Positions 28,911 through 37,314 of a stretch of 64,000 bases of DNA are shown piece by piece. The notes beneath the pieces were generated by a model. That model searched no databases, was not told where the DNA came from, and saw nothing but the letters and a program-made list of their open reading frames with translations. How positions within the stretch are numbered: the stretch's first letter is position 1; each line of letters starts with the position of its first letter. Location: the NCBI GenBank assembly GCA_902791865.1, contig CADAXK010000004.1:320559-384558 (forward strand). The letters run 5' to 3'. This DNA comes from an uncultured Bacteroidia bacterium. GTDB lineage: Bacteria > Bacteroidota > Bacteroidia > Bacteroidales > ML635J-15. A program made the position numbers and the translations under genes.

Positions 28911-29182
28911 ATTAACCAAAGCATTAGCTATTATTCGCGTTCAAGAAAAAAGCCTGAGAAACTGATTTCAAGAAAGTCGGATTAAAAGCAAAGCTCACGG
29001 AATGCCTGTACTTGGCTGACCTACAATGTCAAAAGGTTAATGTTTGCACCAAAAGGTGTGGACAGAATCTATAGACATTGGCGGGTTTCTTCTCAGGCTT
29101 CCCGTGAACGCGAGTAGAAAGGTTCACGCCTTTCTTGTTTCCGATAAGTGATTGATAGCATTGCAAAAAACTATCAATCGGT

Positions 29183-30277
29183 ATGGCAGGAAATAAAAAC
29201 CTTAATGTAGCAGGCAAGGCGAAGAAAGACGAATTCTATACACAACTCCCAGATATAGAAAACGAACTGAAACATTACGAAAAACATTTTAATGGCAAAA
29301 CTGTTTTATGCAACTGCGACGACCCGTACGAAAGCAATTTCTTCAAATATTTTGCAATGCGTTTCAATCAGTTGGGATTGAAGAAATTGATAGCCACCTG
29401 TTATGCTGGTTCTCCAATAGCAGATACGCAGATGTCGCTTTTCGACAACAACGAACAAATAAAACAGACTCGCACTGGCGTTCCACACAAAATAGTTATT
29501 TCCGAGGTTACCGACCTTAATGGCGATGGAGCAATTAATCTTACTGATGTTGAGTGTCTTATAAAGAATGACAAGAATGTGCTTACTCGACTGGATGGAA
29601 ATGGCGATTTTCGTAGCAATGAGTGCATAGAACTTTTAAAAGAGGCAGATATCGTTGTTACCAATCCTCCCTTTTCTCTTTTCCGCGAATATGTAGCACA
29701 ACTTATGAAATACGAAAAGAAGTTTTTGATTGTTGGAAATGTAAATGCCATAACATATAAAGAAGTTTTTCCTTTAATAATGGAAAACAAAATGTGGCTA
29801 GGTCCAAGCATAACAAGTGGAGACCGCAAATTCAATGTTCCAGATTATTATCCGTTAAATGCAGCAGGGTGTGGAACCGATCCAGATGGAAAACATTATA
29901 TTAGAGTAAAAGGTGTTAGGTGGTTTACTAATCTTGACCACAACAAACGACACGAGTATCTTGACCTATATAAACACTATACACCAGAAGAATTTCCGAA
30001 CTACGACAATTACAATGCAATAAATGTTGATAAAACTTCCGACATCCCTAGGGATTACAACGGGATGATGGGTGTTCCAATTACTTTTTTGGATAAATAT
30101 TGTCCTGAACAATTTGAAATATTAGGGATTACACAGAGAAATGATGATCCTTTTAAAATAAAAAAATATACAACAGAAGAATATCCCAATGCTAATGACT
30201 TGAATGCAAGGAGCGTAATTATAATAAATGGAGTTCCTAAACCAATGTATGCACGAATCCTAATCAAAAGAAAATAA
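29183..30277 (+). CDS. N6-adenine DNA methyltransferase (EcoRI-methylase-like family)
   Basis: VVTNPPFSLFREY catalytic NPPF motif and an N-terminal DEFYTQ motif. 364 aa. Confidence 0.8.
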   Translation: MAGNKNLNVAGKAKKDEFYTQLPDIENELKHYEKHFNGKTVLCNCDDPYESNFFKYFAMRFNQLGLKKLIATCYAGSPIADTQMSLFDNNEQIKQTRTGVPHKIVISEVTDLNGDGAINLTDVECLIKNDKNVLTRLDGNGDFRSNECIELLKEADIVVTNPPFSLFREYVAQLMKYEKKFLIVGNVNAITYKEVFPLIMENKMWLGPSITSGDRKFNVPDYYPLNAAGCGTDPDGKHYIRVKGVRWFTNLDHNKRHEYLDLYKHYTPEEFPNYDNYNAINVDKTSDIPRDYNGMMGVPITFLDKYCPEQFEILGITQRNDDPFKIKKYTTEEYPNANDLNARSVIIINGVPKPMYARILIKRK

Positions 30278-30280
30278 ATC

Positions 30281-31381
30281 ATGGAAATAAAACTATCAGA
30301 AATTCGAATCAAAGACCTTTTCGAAGGCTATGAAAACAATGACGAGGCAGGAGTAAAAGCATTTGGTGGCAAGTTAGATATTCGTCCACCTTATCAAAGA
30401 GAATTCATTTATAAGCCAGATCAACAGAGGGCAGTTATTGATACAGTACATAAAGGTTTTCCGCTAAATGTGATGTATTGGGCAGTACGCGATGACGGAA
30501 CATTCGAAGTCATTGATGGTCAGCAGCGGACAATCAGCATTTGCGAATATTTGCAAAATCATTTTTCTGTGGATTTCAATAGGAATGGCAAACCTGTTGT
30601 TTTCGGAGGACTCACATCAGACCTACAAGAACGAATAAATAACTATAAACTAACAATCTACCAATGTAGTGGTACTGCTAGTGAAAAATTGGATTGGTTT
30701 CGCACGATTAACATTGCTGGCGAAAAACTTACCGAACAGGAACTTCGCAATGCAGTTTATTCAGGACCTTTTGTAACCGAAGCAAAAAAGAAGTTCAGCA
30801 AGACTAATTGTTTGGCTTACAAGATTGGCAACAAGTACATGAGTGGCACTTGCATCCGACAGGACTACCTTGAAACTGCAATAAAGTGGATAAATGAAGG
30901 CAAAGTGTCTGAATATATGGCAGAACATCAACAAGACCCAAATGCCGATGAACTTTGGCTTTATTTCCAAAATGTAATCAACTGGGTGACAGCAAAATTC
31001 ACCAAATACCGCAAAGAGATGAAATCTGTGCCTTGGGGCGAACTCTACAATACGCACAAGGATGACAAACTTGATGCTACCGAACTCGAAAAACGCATTG
31101 CCAAACTAATGCAAGACAGCGATGTTCAGAAGAAATCGGGTATCTATGCGTATGTTTTGGACGGCGACGAGAAACATCTTGGGATTCGTGCATTCGATGA
31201 CAACACCAAACGCGAAGTTTACGAAAAACAGAAAGGCATTTGCAAAATATGCGGAAAGCATTTCGAAATAGAAGAAATGGAAGCCGACCACATAACACCG
31301 TGGTGCAAAGGCGGTCGTACTATCGCCGACAATTGCCAGATGCTATGTAGGGAATGTAACAGACGGAAAAGCGGAAAGTAA
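30281..31381 (+). CDS. DUF262 (ParB/GmrSD N-terminal-like) protein with C-terminal HNH endonuclease
   Basis: DIRPPYQREFIY and VIDGQQRT motifs (DUF262). The C-terminus reads CKICG...ADHITPW...NCQMLCRECNRRK (HNH). It starts 3 nt after the methylase stop. Confidence 0.85.
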   Translation: MEIKLSEIRIKDLFEGYENNDEAGVKAFGGKLDIRPPYQREFIYKPDQQRAVIDTVHKGFPLNVMYWAVRDDGTFEVIDGQQRTISICEYLQNHFSVDFNRNGKPVVFGGLTSDLQERINNYKLTIYQCSGTASEKLDWFRTINIAGEKLTEQELRNAVYSGPFVTEAKKKFSKTNCLAYKIGNKYMSGTCIRQDYLETAIKWINEGKVSEYMAEHQQDPNADELWLYFQNVINWVTAKFTKYRKEMKSVPWGELYNTHKDDKLDATELEKRIAKLMQDSDVQKKSGIYAYVLDGDEKHLGIRAFDDNTKREVYEKQKGICKICGKHFEIEEMEADHITPWCKGGRTIADNCQMLCRECNRRKSGK

Positions 31382-31392
31382 GCTTTTTGAGG

Positions 31393-31592
31393 GGCTTGCA
31401 GGCTCACAGGCTTGCAGGCTCACAGACTTGCAGACTCACAGCCTTGCCCGACTGGTCTTCTGTGGGACTGGTCCTCTTTCAGCCTTTCTGCCTTTTAGCC
31501 CTTGGGGGGTGATGTTGTTTGAATTTGTTTGAGGTTGTTTGAAATGGTTTGAGGTTGGCTTTTAGCCTTTCAGCCTTTTAGCCTGTTCGCCA
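31393..31592. repeat. Mosaic of short tandem repeats (16-nt x3, 10-nt x5, 8-nt x3-4)
   Basis: ggcttgcaggctcaca-type 16-mers at 31393-31440. gNNNttgttt 10-mers at 31511-31560. (t/c)ttNagcc 8-mers at 31561-31592. Confidence 0.85.
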
Positions 31593-31598
31593 TTTCAA

Positions 31599-31712
31599 AA
31601 CCTCCGAAAATCTGCATCTACATTAATAATAACCTCCAAAAATCTGCATCTATAAAGAAAATAACCTCCGAAAATCTGCAAAAGTTTTTAAAATAACCTT
31701 TGGAAATCTGCA
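31599..31712 (+). repeat. Four phased 18-nt direct repeats AACCTCCGAAAATCTGCA (32-nt period) upstream of ATPase 1
   Basis: Copies start at 31599, 31631, 31663 and 31695 (the last is degenerate: aacctttggaaatctgca). The 14-nt spacers all differ while the 18-mers are conserved. Confidence 0.85.
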
Positions 31713-31722
31713 AATAGGTTTG

Positions 31723-31730
31723 TAATTTTG
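31723..31730 (+). promoter_or_regulatory. -7 promoter box TAATTTTG for ATPase 1
   Basis: TAnnTTTG match 25 nt upstream of the ATG at 31755. Confidence 0.5.
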
Positions 31731-31754
31731 CGGCAATCAAATAATTAGGCATAT

Positions 31755-33053
31755 ATGTTAAAACGAAAGTTTACAGACTATCTAAAACAATGGAAAAGTA
31801 CCAAGCAGAAGGAGTGTCTTCTTGTGCGTGGTGCGCGTCAAATTGGCAAGACATTTATCATAGAGGATTTTGCCCGAAACAATTACGAATCGTTTGTTGA
31901 AATCAATTTCGAGCAGTATCCAGCATTGAAGTCTGCATTCAATGGAGAATTGACTGTGCCAGAAATGATTAAGGGAATTTCTGTATATATTCCAGAAGCC
32001 CGCTTTGTTCCTCACAAGACCTTGATTTTCCTTGACGAAATACAAGCTTGCCCACAAGCAAGAGCATCGCTTAAATTCTGGGCGATAGACGATAATTACG
32101 ATGTTATTGCATCGGGGTCATTGTTGGGCATTAACTATAAGGCAGTACCGTCTTTCCCTGTAGGTTATGAACGGCAGGTCGATATGTTTTCGCTTGATTT
32201 CGAGGAATATCTGTGGGCAGTCGGATTTTCGCAGGATACAATAAATTCGCTTAAGGAACACTTCGTGAAACAAGAAAAGATAGAAGAACCTATTCATCGA
32301 AAGATGATAAGCTATCTTCGTGAATATATGGTGGTTGGGGGAATGCCAGCGGTTGTAAACCAGTTCCTTGCCACCAAGAATTTCGGCATTGTCCATCAGG
32401 AGCAGGAAAAAATAATTTCAGCCTATCTGAACGACATTGCCAAGTATGCAGAAACGGCAGACCGTCCCAAAGCGCGTAGCTGTTTCCTGTCGATTCCTAA
32501 GCAGTTGGCGAAGGAAAACACCAAATTCCAGTATTCGGTAGTTGAACATAACGGAACAGCACGGAAATTTGCCAACTCCCTTGATTGGCTTCGCGATGCT
32601 GGCATTGTGGCGTATTGCTACAATTTGTCCGCCTTGCAGTTCCCGTTGTCGGCGTACGTCAGGGATGATCAATTCCGCATATATATGGGTGATATTGGGC
32701 TACTGATTTCGATGTATGGCTTTGAAATGAAGGCTGCATTGATAGACGATACGCTTGAAGGCCCTGCGAAAGGTGGTATATACGAGAATCTTATGGCCGA
32801 CATTCTACACAAGAAGAAGTATCCGCTCTATTTCTACAAGAAGGACGATTCGTCGGTTGAGATTGAATTCGTGCTAACGCATGGGACTAGTCCATTGCCG
32901 TTGGAAGTGAAGTCTAAAAAAGGCAGGTCGCAGTCGCTCAATACCGTGCTTATGTGGAAGGGCATTGAAAAAGGCTACAAATTTGGCATGTCTAATGTCG
33001 GTGTGGTTGACAATAAGATAACGATGCCGTTGTATCTGGCGATGTTTCTGTAA
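31755..33053 (+). CDS. AAA+ ATPase with C-terminal DUF4143-type domain (paralog 1)
   Basis: Walker A GARQIGKT and Walker B LIFLDEIQ. 432 aa. The architecture is shared with 33350 and 58650. Confidence 0.85.
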   Translation: MLKRKFTDYLKQWKSTKQKECLLVRGARQIGKTFIIEDFARNNYESFVEINFEQYPALKSAFNGELTVPEMIKGISVYIPEARFVPHKTLIFLDEIQACPQARASLKFWAIDDNYDVIASGSLLGINYKAVPSFPVGYERQVDMFSLDFEEYLWAVGFSQDTINSLKEHFVKQEKIEEPIHRKMISYLREYMVVGGMPAVVNQFLATKNFGIVHQEQEKIISAYLNDIAKYAETADRPKARSCFLSIPKQLAKENTKFQYSVVEHNGTARKFANSLDWLRDAGIVAYCYNLSALQFPLSAYVRDDQFRIYMGDIGLLISMYGFEMKAALIDDTLEGPAKGGIYENLMADILHKKKYPLYFYKKDDSSVEIEFVLTHGTSPLPLEVKSKKGRSQSLNTVLMWKGIEKGYKFGMSNVGVVDNKITMPLYLAMFL

Positions 33054-33093
33054 AAAAGGGCACATTAGCGTTGGGCAGTTTAGCTTAGGACAA

Positions 33094-33142
33094 AACCTCC
33101 GAAAATCTGCATCTGTATCAAAAATAACCTCCGAAAATCTGC
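33094..33142 (+). repeat. Two more copies of the ATPase-1 18-mer, downstream of the gene
   Basis: aacctccgaaaatctgca at 33094-33111 and 33125-33142, both exact. Confidence 0.85.
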
Positions 33143-33310
33143 AACAATCTTGTAAGCAACTGATAATCAATTACACTTGACTCCATATAAAATATGCTTA
33201 ATTTTAGTCTATCTGCAAGCTGAAATTGACATTTTCTAATTTTGGCTTATTAATAGACCAAAATAAAAATTTTAGTTAATTTTCTATATATCAGAAAATA
33301 ATATTATTTT

Positions 33311-33348
33311 TGCACAAATCTAAAGTTGAACTTTATTTTTGTACAAAT
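33311..33348. repeat. ~35-nt quasi-palindrome TGCACAAAT.TAAAGTTGAACTTTA..TTTG.ACA overlapping the promoter of ATPase 2
   Basis: A second copy lies at 34540-34574, just after the same gene. A -7 box TATTTTTG at 33305-33312 abuts it. Confidence 0.75.
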
Positions 33349-33349
33349 T

Positions 33350-34504
33350 ATGGATTATATATACCGAACTATCTCAGAATCAATAAAAAACGATTTGCAA
33401 TACTATAAAGTAATCGTTATCACGGGTCCGCGTCAGGTTGGCAAAACTACGCTTTGCAAGATGCTTTTTCCTGATTACAATTATGTAAACCTTGAGAATA
33501 TTCCGACGAGGGAAATTATTCGTGACGATATGCAAAAGTTTATCGACAACATAAAAGGCGGAGTAATAATTGATGAAGTACACCATTTGCCCGACTTGTT
33601 CTCGTATATTCAGGTAGCTGTCGATAAAGGCACCGACAAGCGTTTTATACTTACAGGAAGTAACAATTTCGGCATGTTGCAGAATGTTACACAATCGTTG
33701 GCAGGAAGAGCATCACTCTTTACTCTGCCACCATTTAGCATTGGGGAGGTTTTCGGTTCTATTTCTGAAATGACAACAGATGAACTTATTTTCAAAGGGC
33801 TATACCCTGCTGCATACTCACTAGAAACTCCACCTACGCGCCTGTATTCAAATTATTACAGCACCTACATTGAACGCGATATGCACCAGCTAATCAAGGT
33901 CAAGGACTTGTCTCAATTTCAACTATTCGTCAGACTCTGTGCTGGAAGGGTTGGTTCTGAGTGCAATTTCGCTGCGCTATCAAACGAAACTGGAGTTTCG
34001 GCACCGACAATTAAGGAATGGCTCAGTGTATTGGAAGCATCGTACATTGTGTTTAAATTGCCTCCATTTTATGCAAACATCAGCAAAAGGCTGGTAAAAT
34101 CGCCCAAAATATACTTCTACGACACAGGAATTTTGTGTCTTTTACTCGGAATAGAAAGCCCTAGACAATTAGAAACACACCCATTGCGTGGTGCGATCTT
34201 TGAAAATCTTGTTGTTGCAGAATTTATCAAATCAAACCTTAACGCCGGCAAATTGCCTAACTGCTATTTTTACCGCGATAGTCGAGGAACAGAGGTTGAC
34301 CTCGTCCAACAACAAGGAAACGAATTTGGTTTATATGAAATAAAATCATCAAGGACTTTTAATTCTAATTTCTTTGAGAACCTCAGGGCTGTCAGCAAGA
34401 TTTTTGGCGGAAGTGTGCATGAATCTGCAGTTTTGTACGATGGTGAAGATATTCGCGAGTCACAATTGGAAGGAATATACAACTTCCGCAATTTTACATA
34501 TTAG
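33350..34504 (+). CDS. AAA+ ATPase with C-terminal DUF4143-type domain (paralog 2)
   Basis: Walker A GPRQVGKT and Walker B GVIIDEVH. The ATG at 33350 is preferred over the listed TTG at 33326. Confidence 0.85.
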   Translation: MDYIYRTISESIKNDLQYYKVIVITGPRQVGKTTLCKMLFPDYNYVNLENIPTREIIRDDMQKFIDNIKGGVIIDEVHHLPDLFSYIQVAVDKGTDKRFILTGSNNFGMLQNVTQSLAGRASLFTLPPFSIGEVFGSISEMTTDELIFKGLYPAAYSLETPPTRLYSNYYSTYIERDMHQLIKVKDLSQFQLFVRLCAGRVGSECNFAALSNETGVSAPTIKEWLSVLEASYIVFKLPPFYANISKRLVKSPKIYFYDTGILCLLLGIESPRQLETHPLRGAIFENLVVAEFIKSNLNAGKLPNCYFYRDSRGTEVDLVQQQGNEFGLYEIKSSRTFNSNFFENLRAVSKIFGGSVHESAVLYDGEDIRESQLEGIYNFRNFTY

Positions 34505-34539
34505 ATAAATCATTAATTATCAGCGACAAAACAATCAGT

Positions 34540-34574
34540 TGCACAAATTTAAAGTTGAACTTTAAATTTGCACA
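34540..34574. repeat. Downstream copy of the ATPase-2 quasi-palindrome
   Basis: tgcacaaatttaaagttgaactttaaatttgcaca, with ~4 mismatches to 33311-33345. Confidence 0.75.
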
Positions 34575-34627
34575 CACTTCCATCAATTATCCCTTCAATA
34601 AGCCTTGCATACCCTCTGTTCTCTGTT

Positions 34628-34762
34628 CTTTCGGATTTGTAATCCGAAAGACATGAATATAAGGATTTTTAATCCGTATAATATCTGTATCGCATTTCAA
34701 ATGCTGATATTCACACGTATCGGATTGCCCATAGGGCGAGCTAAAGGTTGCAAATCCGATAC
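34628..34762 (-). repeat. Three-hairpin REP/MITE-like element, copy B (reverse orientation, nested insert)
   Basis: Same core as the other copies, read on the minus strand. One hairpin carries gcccatagggcgagctaaagg. Confidence 0.8.
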
Positions 34763-34910
34763 AACCACAATGTATAGAAATTATTGTCGTGGAAATAAGA
34801 CGGATGACAAATTAAAAGAATAGAGAAACATACAATTAGTCAGCAACAATACATAACCTAGATTCAGATATATTTGTTACTTTTGCTTGACGTTTTAAAC
34901 ATATAAATAT

Positions 34911-36386
34911 ATGGTAATACCAGACAGAATAAAGCAGCTTACCGAAATCGCCTTGAAGGACAAAGTCCTGACTTTTGTAGAGCGTGAAACCATAATAAAC
35001 GAGGGAATCAAGGAAGGAATTCCCGCCGAAGAGATTAACGAATACCTCAACAAGTCGCTAGAGGCAAAAATAAGCAGCATGGCAAAGGAAGACCTCGACC
35101 ACTGCCCCAGCTGCGGAGCGCAGATTCCGCTAATTTCGGACACCTGCCCGTATTGCGGCTACGAGTACGACAAATTCAAACATAGCAGCGGACACGGCAA
35201 CTCAAGCAGAATTACCGGCGATGATGTAAATGTCATCGCAAACGAAAACGCAAAAACCTGCCCCGACTGTGGAACACCATTTCCGCTCATCAGCAACATC
35301 TGCCCCACCTGCGGACACATTCTGCACGAGCAAACCGACTCGGACCTGAACATCCGAAACCTTATAAACTCAATGAACGAGCTCATCGACGGAATGAAAA
35401 AAACACACAAGACTACTTTCAAGGAAGTCCTTTCGTTCCGAAAAGAAATGGTGATGCTTTATGTCGGTGCGCTTGTATTCCTAATGGCCATAATATCGCA
35501 ATTCGAAGTCAGCGACACAATTACGGGAATCTTTGGAATAATATCAATAGTGCTCTTCGTTCTTGCATTCAGGGGACTTAAGAACAGAAACGTTGAAGAA
35601 TCGCCAGTTGCAAAAGAGGACTCGCAATTCTACCTTTTCCTTAGCTTCTACGAAATGTACACCCGCCATGTAGATTCGCTTTACGGGAAAAACCATGAAG
35701 CCAAAGAAGTCCTTGCCCAATTCGGCAAAATGATAGACGATGTAAAGGAAAACAAAAGGAAAAACCGCAACAAACTCGTGCTAATGCTTGTGGCTATTAC
35801 CTTGGTATCTATACCGATACCATTCCTGCTGCCTCATCATAAATATGAATATGACACTAATTTGCCAAAAGAGGTTCTCACCCAAGATCCTATATTGTAC
35901 GAAGAAAACAAGACAGAATTCGCGAAATACTATGAACTGAGCAGCCGAACAACCACAATCAAGGCAACCAACGAAATCAACTACCCCACAAGTAGAACAA
36001 CATACCTGAGAGCTAATTCTACTGCCAATCTACATATCGATATAATATCACGCAACTGGCTACTTAACGATAGCGCAATCACACATTTCAAGATTAGGCT
36101 CGATAATGTTGAATTGTCGTCAACCGGACTGGCAAACCACAGCGCCGACACGCTTTTGCCATTCGGCATAGTATTATTTACAAAGGACTACGAAGTAATA
36201 ACAGACCTGCCTCCTATTTTGCTGGATGTGTATGCAGGTGACAGTACCGACTTTTATAACACCAAAGGCATTATCGAAAAAGGCAAAGGCAAATGCCGAG
36301 TTAACTTTGTCAGCTACAAAACTACCAACGACTTCGAACTCGTAAAGCAAGCCCTAGACAGCGCATATTATTTTATGATAATGTAA
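34911..36386 (+). CDS. Double zinc-ribbon, multi-TM membrane protein (hypothetical)
   Basis: CPSCGAQIPLISDTCPYCGY and CPDCGTPFPLISNICPTCGH ribbons, then several hydrophobic segments and a ~190-aa C-terminal domain. -7 box TACTTTTG at 34878-34885. Confidence 0.6.
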   Translation: MVIPDRIKQLTEIALKDKVLTFVERETIINEGIKEGIPAEEINEYLNKSLEAKISSMAKEDLDHCPSCGAQIPLISDTCPYCGYEYDKFKHSSGHGNSSRITGDDVNVIANENAKTCPDCGTPFPLISNICPTCGHILHEQTDSDLNIRNLINSMNELIDGMKKTHKTTFKEVLSFRKEMVMLYVGALVFLMAIISQFEVSDTITGIFGIISIVLFVLAFRGLKNRNVEESPVAKEDSQFYLFLSFYEMYTRHVDSLYGKNHEAKEVLAQFGKMIDDVKENKRKNRNKLVLMLVAITLVSIPIPFLLPHHKYEYDTNLPKEVLTQDPILYEENKTEFAKYYELSSRTTTIKATNEINYPTSRTTYLRANSTANLHIDIISRNWLLNDSAITHFKIRLDNVELSSTGLANHSADTLLPFGIVLFTKDYEVITDLPPILLDVYAGDSTDFYNTKGIIEKGKGKCRVNFVSYKTTNDFELVKQALDSAYYFMIM

Positions 36387-36410
36387 TAAGCAACCTTAAA
36401 ACCGAAGAAA

Positions 36411-37310
36411 ATGGACGCAAATAAAAATAATTTCCAGATAACGATGCAAAAAAACGAGGGCATACTTACAGCCTTCAAAAACAAGTATCCCCGCAACATG
36501 AGCGATGTAATCGAGCATAATGTTCCCAAAATAGTTATAACATTGTCTATCATATTGTTCGCTGGCATTCTGACTTTCAACATAATTATTGGAGCAATGG
36601 CGATATTGATGGGTCCTATGCTTCTTTCGTTCGGCTTAAAGCTAAAGAAAAAGGAGGCGAACAAGCCTAAAGACGTAGGCATAACAGCCAAGGAAATGAT
36701 GGCATATACCGACGACATCCAGAAATCATACGGCGACTACCCCGACGTCAAGGATTACATTGAAAAATTCAAAGCCCAAACAAGGCAAGTGGATATGCAG
36801 AAGAAAAAACTAATCAGCAGATTCAACACCTGGTACACCATTGTGATTATTGCAATATCTGTGACCTTCTTCTGTATGATGATAGTAAACTTGAAGGATC
36901 GCCTTTCACATTTTAGTATTCCACAGAAATCAGACGTATTCTCCAGTATCCTTAAAATCGAAGACAACGAGCCTTTGCTAACACTTACACCTTTCGACTC
37001 TCAGATTGCAGATGGCTACGAAATCGAAAATCAAAACCTTGATTTCTACATGACAGACTATCGCTACATAAGCACAAAGGGTGTAAAAATCGATGGTGCT
37101 ACTCCCGACGACGAATTCATTCTGTGGATTGTTGACAGCACTGGCAACAGTTTCGACAGATGCCCGCAATTCAACTTTAAATGCACCGACGAAATTATCG
37201 AAGCCCAGCCAAGATACTACAAAAGCGACTTCACATTGCTGAACGCCTTTGTAAATTTAAAGGATAATGCTAAAAATCTGAAATTCAAGATTGAAAAAGT
37301 TGAGGAATAA
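36411..37310 (+). CDS. Hypothetical membrane protein (299 aa)
   Basis: Clean ORF with hydrophobic segments near aa 40-75 and 140-160. Co-directional with and adjacent to the zinc-ribbon gene. Confidence 0.5.
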   Translation: MDANKNNFQITMQKNEGILTAFKNKYPRNMSDVIEHNVPKIVITLSIILFAGILTFNIIIGAMAILMGPMLLSFGLKLKKKEANKPKDVGITAKEMMAYTDDIQKSYGDYPDVKDYIEKFKAQTRQVDMQKKKLISRFNTWYTIVIIAISVTFFCMMIVNLKDRLSHFSIPQKSDVFSSILKIEDNEPLLTLTPFDSQIADGYEIENQNLDFYMTDYRYISTKGVKIDGATPDDEFILWIVDSTGNSFDRCPQFNFKCTDEIIEAQPRYYKSDFTLLNAFVNLKDNAKNLKFKIEKVEE

Positions 37311-37314
37311 TACC

